From: a virus
Taxonomy: Duplodnaviria; Caudoviricetes
Direction: 5' to 3' (one strand)
DNA: 59,128 nt
IMG/VR virus record: IMGVR_UViG_3300048554_000481
Location: 1 to 59,128 of that record
The translations under genes were made by a program, and so were the position numbers. Positions 20,212-30,503 of this stretch are shown piece by piece (position 1 is the first letter of the stretch; every line of letters starts with the position of its first letter). The notes beneath the pieces are model-generated. The model was not told where the DNA came from. It searched no databases and saw nothing but the letters and a program-made list of their open reading frames with translations.

Positions 20212-20830
20212 TCCAGTCAATGCTTTTCCTTTCTTGTTCATTATCAAACCATGTCTGACCGTAGTTACGCAGACTTTTACTAGAATGAAATTCGTCAAAC
20301 CCAAGCTGTTTACTGAGTGTTTGAGCTTCTTCAACCTGATGTTCGTTGTATGGAAAGATCAACATTTGCCAAATCAATTTAGGTCTTTGTTTTGCATTTA
20401 CTAGTGTTTCAATGCCTTGCACAATATCTTTCCATCTTGAATTCTTTCTATAAATGTGATTTGTATCTTCTAATCCATCTATACTAAAATTAAAAGAAAT
20501 ATTATCTGTCCAAGGCAACTTGCTGAGTTGTTCCCACCACTTACGCTTTCTAAAACTTCCATTTGTTTCAACTTTAATTCTTTTGTTGAATTTGGTCGCT
20601 CTCTCCATTATTTCAATAAAGTCCGGATGATAAATTGGATCTCCATAAGCACCAGCAAATATTAGTTTGTGATAATCATTGGATTCGATTTGATCAAATA
20701 CAAACTGTTTATCTATGTGACCATAATCCCAAGTTGTATCATTTTCTTTCTTTTTATATGTCCTTGGGCAACCCGGACATTCAATGGTACACTTTGTTGT
20801 AAGTTCAATTTGCAGTAACAGTTCATTCAT
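20201..20830 (-). CDS. Radical SAM protein
   Basis: ELTTKCTIECPGCPR (CxxxCxxC), GDP, TNG, FSIDGL. Confidence 0.85.
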   Translation of the reverse strand: MNELLLQIELTTKCTIECPGCPRTYKKKENDTTWDYGHIDKQFVFDQIESNDYHKLIFAGAYGDPIYHPDFIEIMERATKFNKRIKVETNGSFRKRKWWEQLSKLPWTDNISFNFSIDGLEDTNHIYRKNSRWKDIVQGIETLVNAKQRPKLIWQMLIFPYNEHQVEEAQTLSKQLGFDEFHSSKSLRNYGQTWFDNEQERKSIDWNVS

Positions 20831-21518
20831 CCGATTCCCAATTCTCAAGTTTAGGAAGCTCCTGTATTTCTTTAAGATATATATCTTGGGGTGAATTCGG
20901 ACTGCCACATATTTCGTCTATTTTAACATCGCCAAATCCTGGTTTTGTTATAACTGTAATGCCACAATTACGTTCATTTGTTCCATAAGGGTAATCACTA
21001 ATATCTATACTACCATTATTTTTCTGTCGTAAATCTGCAATAAATTCTCTACAGCCATCTATTACTGCGGTATCATGAAATGCAACAATACCATTGGGAT
21101 TCATAAAAGGCCATACATTAAAGAAATCATTTTTAATTCCATCATAACTATGACAGCCGTCTATAAATGCAAAATCAATACCAAGTGTGAAACGAGTTTC
21201 TAGTTCTTTTCTAAATGTGTCTTGGTCTTTTTGTGTATTGATTCTTACAAGTGCAAAACGTTCTCCTATAACGGATAATTTTTCTTGTACATGTTCTAGT
21301 GACCCCATTTGTGCAAATTGACCATGTACACCATGTGTGTCCCACATATCAAATCCTGTGTACCAAGATTCAATACCTGTGTCTTGTGTGTTTTCATTTA
21401 ATGCACTGTATATTGCACAAGCCATACCGCCTCGAGCAACTCCTATTTCTACTGCTATTCTAGGACGTTGTAATTTAATTAAGCCGTTTATGAATGACCA
21501 TTCTTGTTTAGTACTCAT
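20823..21518 (-). CDS. Class I SAM-dependent methyltransferase
   Basis: VEIGVARG, FAFIDGCHSY, GIVAFHDT. Confidence 0.85.
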   Translation of the reverse strand: MSTKQEWSFINGLIKLQRPRIAVEIGVARGGMACAIYSALNENTQDTGIESWYTGFDMWDTHGVHGQFAQMGSLEHVQEKLSVIGERFALVRINTQKDQDTFRKELETRFTLGIDFAFIDGCHSYDGIKNDFFNVWPFMNPNGIVAFHDTAVIDGCREFIADLRQKNNGSIDISDYPYGTNERNCGITVITKPGFGDVKIDEICGSPNSPQDIYLKEIQELPKLENWESDE

Positions 21519-21787
21519 TTCACTTCAATATCCAAGTGTTTACCAATCTCTGCTTGAGCGTGTAATACTTGTGCATTCCTAGTATAAATTGATAGTGCTT
21601 CTAGTCTTGCATAATATGCTTCCAGCATTAGTTTGTCTAGTATTACTTTTTTATTATAGTGTTCTTGTGTACGATTCTTTTTATTATTAAAGGCTTCTAG
21701 TTTTTCCTGCGCCATTCTAGCATCAGCATTAAATGGCTGATGCATACTAGTACTTTGTAACATGGGTTGGTTGACTATTTCCGTCAT
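21515..21787 (-). CDS. Hypothetical protein with C-terminal GxxLDIxV motif
   Basis: Ends GKHLDIEVK. Confidence 0.5.
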   Translation of the reverse strand: MTEIVNQPMLQSTSMHQPFNADARMAQEKLEAFNNKKNRTQEHYNKKVILDKLMLEAYYARLEALSIYTRNAQVLHAQAEIGKHLDIEVK

Positions 21788-21990
21788 ACATAGATATCCA
21801 TTTTACTGCCTCTGCGCCATTCACCTTCACTTGATCGCATTTGTGTTCTATGTTCATCCACTATCTCTTTAACAGGTTTAACAGCATCTGGTAGTTCGTT
21901 ACGTCCTACTGGAATTTCTTGGTACACTGTTCTATCCACAGGCGGAACATAATAGTGTTGATAAAAACTAAGTGGACTTATAGCTGTCAT
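21784..21990 (-). CDS. Hypothetical protein with C-terminal GxxMDIxV motif
   Basis: Ends GSKMDIYV. Confidence 0.5.
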   Translation of the reverse strand: MTAISPLSFYQHYYVPPVDRTVYQEIPVGRNELPDAVKPVKEIVDEHRTQMRSSEGEWRRGSKMDIYV

Positions 21991-21991
21991 A

Positions 21992-22795
21992 TTAACCTCT
22001 CATACTTGCCTCTACGATATTACTTATGTTACTAGCAATTTGGGTTTCGAAGTAGGGGTCTTCATCAGCATAACATAATCCTTCACTCAATGCTCTGCTG
22101 AAACTGGCTTGCATATTTTTGTTAAGTGATAAACGCAGACATGCTTGTTCTAAACTATATCCACCGCTGAGTCCAACAATTCGCTTTACTTTATTATCTT
22201 CAAAGTCATTCAGTTCTAAATATGTATTGGGCGTATCAGGAAGTGTTAATTTTAATATACAAGAACCATTGAATCTATGCAAATGCCATACTAAATCTTT
22301 TGCCAATTGATCTTCAATAATTTGTTTATTCATACTGTTAATAGGAATTTCCGGCTCAACTATAGGCATCAAACCTGTTAACGAAATTTCCTCTGCTAGC
22401 TTAAATTGCTGTGTTAATACATCTTTAATTGTCTCTGTAGTATACACAATACTACGCATCTTAGTTCCATAACACTTGTTGGCTATTGCATACTCAATCA
22501 TTTCTTGAACGTCAAATTCTTTGAGCAATCCAGTATCTTCTGTACCGCTGTCTATTTTTAAAATAGCATTAATACTTTTCTTTTTAAGTTCCGGTACTGC
22601 GCCTCGCTCTACACTATCTCTGTACAGTATAGCGGCATCAATATTTCTAGAATTAAATGCTTCACTATTGATCATACGCATACGAAACGCATGGATTTTT
22701 TCCATTTTATCTTCTTCAGTCCATGGCTGTCCATAAGTGTCTAGTACACCTCCAGCACTGCCTCCACTGTTATCCATTGCGGCTATAAAAGTCAT
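21992..22795 (-). CDS. Fructose-bisphosphate aldolase class I (bacterial type)
   Basis: FIAAMDNSGGS, GTKMRS, PIVEPE, ILKLTLP, LSGGYS, ASFSRAL. Confidence 0.88.
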   Translation of the reverse strand: MTFIAAMDNSGGSAGGVLDTYGQPWTEEDKMEKIHAFRMRMINSEAFNSRNIDAAILYRDSVERGAVPELKKKSINAILKIDSGTEDTGLLKEFDVQEMIEYAIANKCYGTKMRSIVYTTETIKDVLTQQFKLAEEISLTGLMPIVEPEIPINSMNKQIIEDQLAKDLVWHLHRFNGSCILKLTLPDTPNTYLELNDFEDNKVKRIVGLSGGYSLEQACLRLSLNKNMQASFSRALSEGLCYADEDPYFETQIASNISNIVEASMRG

Positions 22796-22797
22796 GT

Positions 22798-23760
22798 TCA
22801 ATTTACTCCTATTTTTATAAGTTGATGTGATGTGTCTACCAACCGGCATGAAAAACTCCATTCATTATCATACCATGCTAACACACGAACACAGGTTTTG
22901 TCAACCACTCTTGTTTGTTCGCTAGCAAAGATACAACTTTGTTTAGTGTGATTAAAATCTACACTTACTAATCTCTCCTGAGAGTATTTTATAATACCTT
23001 CCATCTCGTGTCTTGAAGAATTCCATATACTAAGGTTTACCATACTTTCATCTACTTCACGTTCTACATTTAATGTAAGGTCAACTGCACTTACATTGGG
23101 TGTTGGTACTCTGATTGCACTGCCTCGTATTTTTCCTTGCATCTCAGGTATTACTAATCCAAGTGCATCTGCGGCTCCTGTGCTAGTGGGTATCATACTC
23201 ATAGCCCCTGCTCTAGCTCTATACAAGTCTTTGTGCCGTCTATCAACTGTTCCTTGGTCACCAGTATAACTGTGTATTGTAGTCATTTGTCCGTTGATAA
23301 TTTTAAGTTTATCATTTAATACTTTGACCAATGGTGCTAAACAATTTGTTGTACAACTGGCGTTACTAATAATACTATCGCTAGGCAAGATGTCTTGGTG
23401 ATTAACTCCATATACAACTGTTCTATCTACATTTTTTGCAGGAGCACTTATAACAACTTTTTTTGCTCCATTTTCAATATGCTTGTATGCTTTTTTACCG
23501 TCATTGAATGCACCAGTACATTCTAATACAACGTCACAACCAGTCCAATCAAGTTGATCTATATCTCTAGTGTGACTCCAATCGCAGTCTAAATCACCTT
23601 TCCAGCGACCATGTACACTATCATACTTTAGCAAGTGCATGTTTGTGTCCACATCACCACTTGCATTTATTTTAACTATTTCTATATCAGGTCTGTCTTC
23701 AATTATATGTCTTGTAACACATCTTCCTATTCTACCAAAACCGTTAATCCCTACCTTCAT
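22798..23760 (-). CDS. gap: Glyceraldehyde-3-phosphate dehydrogenase type I
   Basis: GINGFGRIGR, ISNASCTTNCLAP, WYDNE. Confidence 0.93.
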   Translation of the reverse strand: MKVGINGFGRIGRCVTRHIIEDRPDIEIVKINASGDVDTNMHLLKYDSVHGRWKGDLDCDWSHTRDIDQLDWTGCDVVLECTGAFNDGKKAYKHIENGAKKVVISAPAKNVDRTVVYGVNHQDILPSDSIISNASCTTNCLAPLVKVLNDKLKIINGQMTTIHSYTGDQGTVDRRHKDLYRARAGAMSMIPTSTGAADALGLVIPEMQGKIRGSAIRVPTPNVSAVDLTLNVEREVDESMVNLSIWNSSRHEMEGIIKYSQERLVSVDFNHTKQSCIFASEQTRVVDKTCVRVLAWYDNEWSFSCRLVDTSHQLIKIGVN

Positions 23761-24157
23761 CTCTAATTCTCTTTTTCTCTAAGCTGAGTTTTTCTTTAGC
23801 ACTCATTGCATATGCGGCTCCTGCCAAGAGAACAATAGCACCTGCTTCCGCTAAGAGTGTTAGTGGTTCTCCGTCTTTACTGTGTAGAATAATCAATCTA
23901 CATAACGCTGTCATTGCAATAATGATTGGCAGTGTAACTGGTATTCTGTTGCTGATATAGTAGGCACCCACCATGCCTACAATTTCTGTGTAAATGAATA
24001 ACAAAAATAAGTCTGCTAGTTCAATGTTTCGTAGTAACCACATATCCCATACTTCACAAGCGGCGGCTAGCACAGTTAGCCCGCCAATGCCGCCTAGCAT
24101 TAGTTTTTCGGTAATTGTTGTGGTCCAGTGTAATCTTTCGTTTAACTTATCTTTCAT
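23744..24157 (-). CDS. Phosphate-starvation-inducible PsiE family membrane protein
   Basis: LADLFLLFIYTE..RIPVTLPIIIAMTALCRLII. Confidence 0.8.
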   Translation of the reverse strand: MKDKLNERLHWTTTITEKLMLGGIGGLTVLAAACEVWDMWLLRNIELADLFLLFIYTEIVGMVGAYYISNRIPVTLPIIIAMTALCRLIILHSKDGEPLTLLAEAGAIVLLAGAAYAMSAKEKLSLEKKRIRDEGRD

Positions 24158-24926
24158 CTTGTTCTTTCAAATAAGGTATATAGTTTTTTGCAATTTTGTA
24201 ATGAAAATCATAATTATAATGCTCTTCATCAATTTTATATTCTTGTATAGTATTTGAGAACCATTGCTCTACATGCATTTTATTATCACTTTTGTAATTT
24301 GTCAATGGACCAAAGTAATCAAAATTTTCTGGTATAAAAACTCTATCATTCATACTAAACAAATACCAGGGTATGTTTCGTTGTTGACATAATCTATCTA
24401 TTATAAAAAGATCACTGCACACTTGTCTATATTTTAAATGTGTTAGTTGATTATGCCATAAGTTTGTGTAATAGAAATTTTCATTTTCTTCCGGGCCTCC
24501 CATTGTCCTACCTTTAAAAGGTTCATAGTGTTCTGTTTTAACATGCATATTGTATTCTGTATATAATGCATCAGTTTCAATGATAGTATCGTCCGTCCAC
24601 CTATCAGTTAAACTATACCTATTAGGACCAATGGCAAAATGATTTGTTTGTAAACCATTAATAAACCAATCTTCAGAAACATTTGTGGCTAGCAAGTATC
24701 TGGTCCAATATGTAAATTGAATAAAAACTTCGTCAACATCATCATAATAATCTAACAGTGTTTTTATAAAGGTAACATATTTTTGATTACTGCAACCAGG
24801 CATTGCGTATATTGCTACCGGTTTTTGATTTAGTTCGCTGTATATTTCAGCATAGTTGTTGGATTGCCAAAACTGTTTGTTGTCATAACCACATGTATGA
24901 CTATCTCCAACAAAAATACTTCTCAT
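24147..24926 (-). CDS. SGNH/GDSL-like hypothetical protein
   Basis: FVGDSHTCG, AMPGCSN, DEEH. Confidence 0.55.
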   Translation of the reverse strand: MRSIFVGDSHTCGYDNKQFWQSNNYAEIYSELNQKPVAIYAMPGCSNQKYVTFIKTLLDYYDDVDEVFIQFTYWTRYLLATNVSEDWFINGLQTNHFAIGPNRYSLTDRWTDDTIIETDALYTEYNMHVKTEHYEPFKGRTMGGPEENENFYYTNLWHNQLTHLKYRQVCSDLFIIDRLCQQRNIPWYLFSMNDRVFIPENFDYFGPLTNYKSDNKMHVEQWFSNTIQEYKIDEEHYNYDFHYKIAKNYIPYLKEQDER

Positions 24927-25255
24927 TCGTAAGTTTCGCCTGTACTTCGAAAGAAGTTTTCGCTCCAAAATGCTTTGTCATCAATCCAAACATCGTAATG
25001 TTCTTTTTTACCAACACTAAGTTCATGATGCTTTGCACCCCAACTGTCTAGTTGACTTTTAGTAAGGTCATAGTAGTCTACCATACTTACTGCGCCTCTG
25101 GCTGTCATATACTTGATTGTATGCCCTGCATCATATAGTGCATTTACTTTGGCAATACGATCCATCATAGGTTCATGTAGTGCATAATTTTTCTTACCAT
25201 CTGGTTCGAATACCTCGTTACAAATGGTTCCGTCAATGTCTATAATATATCTCAT
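24923..25255 (-). CDS. HAD-like phosphatase (capsule-biosynthesis type)
   Basis: IDIDGTIC, TARG, WIDDKA. Confidence 0.8.
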   Translation of the reverse strand: MRYIIDIDGTICNEVFEPDGKKNYALHEPMMDRIAKVNALYDAGHTIKYMTARGAVSMVDYYDLTKSQLDSWGAKHHELSVGKKEHYDVWIDDKAFWSENFFRSTGETYE

Positions 25256-26181
25256 TTGAATAAACTGCTTACACTTTCTTCGTTTGTGATTCTTCGCATA
25301 GCTTCTCCGAAAAGCTCTGCAACTGTTACTTGTCTAATTTTTTTACTTGTATTCTGCATAGGAATACTATCACTAATTACTAACTCTTCTAGCACACTAT
25401 TGTCAACCTTTTTAGTTGCACCATTACTAAGTACGCCATGTGTAATGTATGCTCTAACACTAAGAGCACCTGCATCCATAATTGCTTTAGCGGCATTACA
25501 CAATGTACCGCCACTGTCTACAATATCGTCTACTAGTATTGCATGTTTATCTTTAACTTCGCCAATTAGGTTCATAACTTCTGCTACACCTGCTTTGGGT
25601 CTACGTTTATCAACAATAGCAACATCACCATAAAACATTTCTGCAAACTTTCTTGCACGAACAACACCGCCAGCATCTGGGCTAACAAACACTGTGCCTT
25701 CTGTACAGTTTACGTTTCGTTTGATATCTTTGGCAAAGACCACCCTGCTGGTAAGATCATCCACAGGAATATCAAAGAAACCTTGTATCTGACCAGCATG
25801 AAGATCCATAGTCAAAACTCTATCTGCACCTGCTTTGGTAAGCAAATCTGCAACTAGTTTTGCAGTAATAGGAGTACGACTTGCACTTTTCCTATCCTGT
25901 CTTGCATATCCATAGTATGGCATAACTGCTGATATACGTTGGGCACTGCTACGTTTTGCAGTATCTATCATAACCAGCAACTCCATTAAACTTTCGTTTA
26001 CAGGCATGCATGTACTATTCACTAAAAAAACATCCTTGCCCCGGATGTTCTCTTTTATTTCTACTAATATTTCACCGTCACTAAATCGTGTGACATCTGT
26101 GGGAACTAATTCTGTAAAGCAGTGTTCGGCAACCTTTTGAGCAAACGTAGGGTTGCTACCGCCACTAATGATTTTCATCAT
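25252..26181 (-). CDS. prs: Ribose-phosphate pyrophosphokinase
   Basis: FSDGE, YARQDRK, DLHAGQIQGFF, VSPDAGG, LVDDIVDSGGT. Confidence 0.95.
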   Translation of the reverse strand: MMKIISGGSNPTFAQKVAEHCFTELVPTDVTRFSDGEILVEIKENIRGKDVFLVNSTCMPVNESLMELLVMIDTAKRSSAQRISAVMPYYGYARQDRKSASRTPITAKLVADLLTKAGADRVLTMDLHAGQIQGFFDIPVDDLTSRVVFAKDIKRNVNCTEGTVFVSPDAGGVVRARKFAEMFYGDVAIVDKRRPKAGVAEVMNLIGEVKDKHAILVDDIVDSGGTLCNAAKAIMDAGALSVRAYITHGVLSNGATKKVDNSVLEELVISDSIPMQNTSKKIRQVTVAELFGEAMRRITNEESVSSLFK

Positions 26182-26193
26182 AAGACCTCTCTT

Positions 26194-26505
26194 TTAGACG
26201 TTAAAACTTTCGCCACAGCCACATGAGGCTGTCGCGTTTGGATTTTTGACAACTAGATAGTTGCCGCCAAGTTCTCTTATATAATCAACTGTACAACCGA
26301 AAACAAACATTTCGCTCATTGGGTCAAGTTCTAGAATATCGTCTATTACTTTTCCTTCTGGCTCATCTGTAAAGTCCCAATCATACTTAAATCCACTACA
26401 ACCACCACCTTGTACTGCTAATCTTACATATTGCTTTTTGTGTTGTAGTAACATTTCTTGCAAGTAACTTTTAGCTGATTCGGTAACTGTTAATGGTATC
26501 TGCAT
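26194..26505 (-). CDS. iscA: HesB/IscA-type Fe-S carrier
   Basis: GGGCSGFKY..NPNATASCGCGESF. Confidence 0.92.
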   Translation of the reverse strand: MQIPLTVTESAKSYLQEMLLQHKKQYVRLAVQGGGCSGFKYDWDFTDEPEGKVIDDILELDPMSEMFVFGCTVDYIRELGGNYLVVKNPNATASCGCGESFNV

Positions 26506-26506
26506 T

Positions 26507-26950
26507 TTACTTCTCTATTGGTTCTGGTACAATACCACGCTCTGTTAGCATTGCTCTGTTATTTAAGTGTGCTTGTGCAATATCATCTTTTGACTGTCCA
26601 TGATATGCTGTTGCATGTCCTTCACTAATCATTTGTTCATTAATATTTGTACCGTCTACTAGTACTGTTCCTAGTATGCGTCCGAACTTGCCTTTTTCAT
26701 TATCAACTACAGTTTGCACAATAATCTCTTCACCTTTAATGTGTTTATATAGCCAATCTTTTGCAAGCAAGCCATATGCTTTTTCTTCTAAATCTCTTGT
26801 ACGGCTCTCTGGTGTATCTATTCCTAGCATACGCACTCTGCCTTCCAGCAGTACATCGAATCCTAAGTCCAGTATACAGTCAAATGTGTCTCCGTCAACC
26901 ACTTTTGTTATTTGTTTAACCCGAAAGTTATATAGTTCTACTTCACTCAT
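26507..26950 (-). CDS. Thermonuclease (SNase)-like protein
   Basis: VVDGDT, RMLGIDTPE, GKFGRILG. Confidence 0.85.
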   Translation of the reverse strand: MSEVELYNFRVKQITKVVDGDTFDCILDLGFDVLLEGRVRMLGIDTPESRTRDLEEKAYGLLAKDWLYKHIKGEEIIVQTVVDNEKGKFGRILGTVLVDGTNINEQMISEGHATAYHGQSKDDIAQAHLNNRAMLTERGIVPEPIEK

Positions 26951-26962
26951 TGCTCACTCCTC

Positions 26963-27667
26963 TTACAGAGTATTTATGAGTAACTCCTCTACTTTTCGGT
27001 ATCCAGCTAACAAGTCTCCCGTGTCGTTTCGAAATAGATCTTTGTCAAAACTTTCATTTTGTTTATTCCACAAACGCATTGTGTCAGGACAAATCTCATC
27101 TGCAAGTAACAGTCTTCCTTCCTTGTCTAATCCGTATTCTAATTTAAAATCTACCAGTTGTAGTTCTACCCTACGAAACAACTGTGTTAGTATATTATTA
27201 ATTTTCAAAGTGGTGTTTCGAATCTCAGACAATGTTACAGTATCTGTAATACCCAATGCTACAATAGCATCATCACATATAGGCGGATCAGCTAGTGCAT
27301 CATCTTTTACACACCATTCAACAATTACATTTTTTAGACTAGTGCCAACTTCTACACCATACCTTTTACAAAATGTTCCTGCCGCTCTATTGCGTACAAC
27401 AACTTCAATTGGAATGATATCCAACTTATGACAACGGTGTTCTCTTTTTCCATTTAATTCAATAAAATGTGTTTCAATTCCGTGTGTATGTAAATGACCT
27501 AATAATTTTGCACTAATACTTGCATTCAATACACCTTTACCTTGAAACACTGCTTCTTTAGCTCTGTTGCCTGCTGTAGCATCATCTTTAAAATACATCA
27601 TTACAGTATCTTGTGTATGCTTAAATACCTTTTTGGCTTTACCTTCGTAGAGTAATAAGTTATTCAT
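26963..27667 (-). CDS. purC: SAICAR synthetase
   Basis: LYEGKAK, IPIEVVVRN, LVDFKLEYG, LADEICPDTMRLW, DKDLFR. Confidence 0.95.
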   Translation of the reverse strand: MNNLLLYEGKAKKVFKHTQDTVMMYFKDDATAGNRAKEAVFQGKGVLNASISAKLLGHLHTHGIETHFIELNGKREHRCHKLDIIPIEVVVRNRAAGTFCKRYGVEVGTSLKNVIVEWCVKDDALADPPICDDAIVALGITDTVTLSEIRNTTLKINNILTQLFRRVELQLVDFKLEYGLDKEGRLLLADEICPDTMRLWNKQNESFDKDLFRNDTGDLLAGYRKVEELLINTL

Positions 27668-28314
27668 ATGCTTTCCCTAATTTGTTCAATAGTCTTAATA
27701 GGATCGTCACTTTCTGTAATAGTTCTACCAATAACTAGATAGTCGGCACCCATACTAATTGCTTGTTTAGGTGACACCGTTCTTATCTGTCCTTTGTTTG
27801 TTCCTATCCCAGGACAAACTTTTATCATATTTTGTGTGTAAGGCTTTACCACTGCCAAGTCTGCAGGGCTACATATCATACCACTAAAGCCGTACTTTTG
27901 TACTCGTTCAATGTTGTCTCTCCACATTGCGTCTGCACCCTTGGGCAAATAGTGCAATATGTTTAACAAGTCACTGCCACTCCAACTGGTGAGGTATGTA
28001 ACGCCTAGTAGTTTAATTTGATTTGAGAATTGTTCAAGTTCTTCAAATACTGCTTCATTATTGTGTGTGCATATAGTTGTCATTGTAGCGCCTTTGTCTA
28101 CAATTTTCTGTACAACTTGCTTTACAGTATTTGGTGTGTCCCACAGTTTACAGTCAACAAATAGTTCTTTGCCTTCTGTGTAATCTTTAATGTAAACACT
28201 TTGACTCCACAGTGTGTGATTAGTTTTAAATCCGTCTACGTGGTGTCTTAATTTTGCCGCCATTTCCAATGCATCCAGTGGATTAGTATAATCTAATGCG
28301 ACAATGATTTTCAT
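27664..28314 (-). CDS. pyrF: Orotidine-5'-phosphate decarboxylase
   Basis: [32 protein letters not shown]. Confidence 0.9.
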   Translation of the reverse strand: MKIIVALDYTNPLDALEMAAKLRHHVDGFKTNHTLWSQSVYIKDYTEGKELFVDCKLWDTPNTVKQVVQKIVDKGATMTTICTHNNEAVFEELEQFSNQIKLLGVTYLTSWSGSDLLNILHYLPKGADAMWRDNIERVQKYGFSGMICSPADLAVVKPYTQNMIKVCPGIGTNKGQIRTVSPKQAISMGADYLVIGRTITESDDPIKTIEQIRESI

Positions 28315-28652
28315 TCTTCCGGTCCTGGTTCTCTACTTACTAGTTCTGCTTTACCTTCTTTGCCGTTCCAGTCATCTGCATTTGGCAAGGGATCTATTTG
28401 TTCTGTTATGTTAGGCCATATCTCTGACATCTCTGTATTAAACTGTAACCACTTTGCGAGATCAGGTGTCATATCAGTATCCGGTACAATAGCATCTGCA
28501 GGACATTCTGGTTCACAAACACCACAGTCTATACATTCGTCTGGGTGTATAACAATCGTATTCTCGCCAATGTAGAAGCAATCCACAGGACATACTTCTA
28601 CACAATCTGTAAACCTACAATTTACACATTTTTCATTTACTATATACGTCAC
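28311..28652 (-). CDS. fdxA: 7Fe ferredoxin (FdxA type)
   Basis: [32 protein letters not shown]. Confidence 0.92.
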   Translation of the reverse strand: MTYIVNEKCVNCRFTDCVEVCPVDCFYIGENTIVIHPDECIDCGVCEPECPADAIVPDTDMTPDLAKWLQFNTEMSEIWPNITEQIDPLPNADDWNGKEGKAELVSREPGPEE

Positions 28653-28917
28653 TGAGCATCAATAATTTCTATAATAAGTTCTTCTTTTTTCTTTCTTCTA
28701 TCTAGCTCTAACCCAAATTCACTTTTTGCTAATTCCTCTAACTGTACTTTAGTTTTTTTAGACAAGGTATTTTTTGTGTATGTTTTATGCTCACTTGAGT
28801 TTTGTATACTGCCTGTAATAACTAGTTCTTTTGTAGGAGTAGCATCAGTAAACCTAATGTCATTTGGCACATGCCATTCATCATCTGGTTTAATACCAAA
28901 TATTTGTTTAATCCATT

Positions 28918-29232
28918 TCATTCCCATATTCCTAATATCATCTTAGTTTCTTCGCTCATCATGTCAGGACCAAATGGCGGAGTAAAAGTTGTTATAATAT
29001 CTACTGCACTAACTCCGTCTACTCTAATTGTGGCTCCTTCAATGTCTGCAATTATTTGATCTGCAAATGGACAGAAAGCACTGGTTAATGTATGTGTGAC
29101 GGATACTTTAGGCAAGTGTTCTAAGTCAATATCATAAATTAATCCCAAGTCATAAACATTTATGTCAATCTCAGGATCATATACAGTTCTTAGGTTCTCG
29201 ACTATTTCTCCGCCAATTGCTTCTTTATCCAT
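28918..29232 (-). CDS. DUF59/SufT-like Fe-S assembly protein
   Basis: LRTVYDPEI.INVYDLGLIY..TLTSAFCP. Confidence 0.88.
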   Translation of the reverse strand: MDKEAIGGEIVENLRTVYDPEIDINVYDLGLIYDIDLEHLPKVSVTHTLTSAFCPFADQIIADIEGATIRVDGVSAVDIITTFTPPFGPDMMSEETKMILGIWE

Positions 29233-29450
29233 TGGTGTTTGCCATTAGTTTAAGTGTTAACATATCTTCTTTTTTACGAAACCAAACTTCGTATCCGTGT
29301 TGCGACTTTCGAAACCCTCCATACTTTGTACCAAACATGTTTTCTAATAGACTATGAAAACCTTTTGATCCTTTGGAGCTTCTGTTAAAGATAGAACAAT
29401 AGTATCTATCTTCCATTTGCCAATTTGCACACCATTCTAAATCTTGCATC

Positions 29451-29900
29451 TTAACCTTCATATATTGCTGAGTTAGCACCATGTTCTGCACATTCACAAC
29501 TTACAACCCAGCAACGTCCATCACTCATCTCATTAACAATTTCTTGTGCTTTGTTGTATGCATGTTCTGCAAACTTTTCTACACCAACACCATCTAAGAT
29601 GTTTAGCTCTGCAAGTCCTGCATCTTCTAAGGCACGAAAGTTATCCAATGCCCAATCTTTACTGTCCAGTACAACTTTATGATCAAAGTTATCTTCTAAC
29701 CACTTCTTGAGTGGTTTCAATCCGCCAAAGTCAACAACCCAATTTTTGTTGTCTAATTCGTTACAACTGAATGTAAATTTAAATTGCAAACTGTAACCGT
29801 GTAAGAAACGACAGTGTGAATGATCTGCATGTGGTTGTCTAAAACAAGCACTCAACCCAATGTTATGCCCGTATGTTTTTGTACTAAAATATTTTCCCAT
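29451..29900 (-). CDS. queD: QueD/6-pyruvoyl-tetrahydropterin synthase
   Basis: SHCRFLHGY, VVDFGGLK, FDH, EH.ANSAIY. Confidence 0.88.
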   Translation of the reverse strand: MGKYFSTKTYGHNIGLSACFRQPHADHSHCRFLHGYSLQFKFTFSCNELDNKNWVVDFGGLKPLKKWLEDNFDHKVVLDSKDWALDNFRALEDAGLAELNILDGVGVEKFAEHAYNKAQEIVNEMSDGRCWVVSCECAEHGANSAIYEG

Positions 29901-29909
29901 ATTGTTCTC

Positions 29910-30500
29910 CTATGTAATATGAGCGGCAGAATTAGAAGGGTTGACGCTAAGTCCTTGTGTATTATTTATATTAGCATATAATTTAGAATATGCAACCTGA
30001 ATTGCTTTGGCTTGATAGTAACTATCCTTGAGTGCATTGTGCAAATCTGTTTGCATATCTTTCCTTGGATCTCTTGGAAGTAAACTGATAAGTGTTCTAC
30101 CATCTCTCACTTGCCAAAAGTTCCAAGGGATTGGTAAGGACATTTGACGATACAGTGTTTCCACTATTGTAACATCAAAACCATATCCATGACCCCAAAG
30201 TACATCAACACCTACCATCCATTTGGTCATATGGTTTAGAAAGTGTACCAGCCCGACTCTGTCATCTTCTCCAAAGGCTTCTTCCATTATTGCGGGGTCT
30301 TGTTTAGTCCACCAATCTATAGTTCCTTGGTCTTGTGATCTACCAAGACGATCTTGTTCATCTACATCCAATCGATAATAGAAATCACTATGTGGCTCAC
30401 TGTTGTTATCTGGATTAAACTTTACGCCACCTATAGTTAATATAGTTGCGTATGGATCAGTTGCCAGTGTTTCTAAATCTATCATTGCATGAATAGCCAT
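29910..30500 (-). CDS. DEDDh 3'-5' exonuclease
   Basis: MIDLETL, FDV, RDGRT, HNALKD. Confidence 0.85.
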   Translation of the reverse strand: MAIHAMIDLETLATDPYATILTIGGVKFNPDNNSEPHSDFYYRLDVDEQDRLGRSQDQGTIDWWTKQDPAIMEEAFGEDDRVGLVHFLNHMTKWMVGVDVLWGHGYGFDVTIVETLYRQMSLPIPWNFWQVRDGRTLISLLPRDPRKDMQTDLHNALKDSYYQAKAIQVAYSKLYANINNTQGLSVNPSNSAAHIT

Positions 30501-30503
30501 ATG

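Noticed and set aside
26676-27431. 251-aa plus-strand ORF and similar antisense ORFs (e.g. 55211..55681, 36716..37096, 12520..12915)
   Set aside because: Shadows of well-supported minus-strand genes; Ser-rich with no recognisable motifs.
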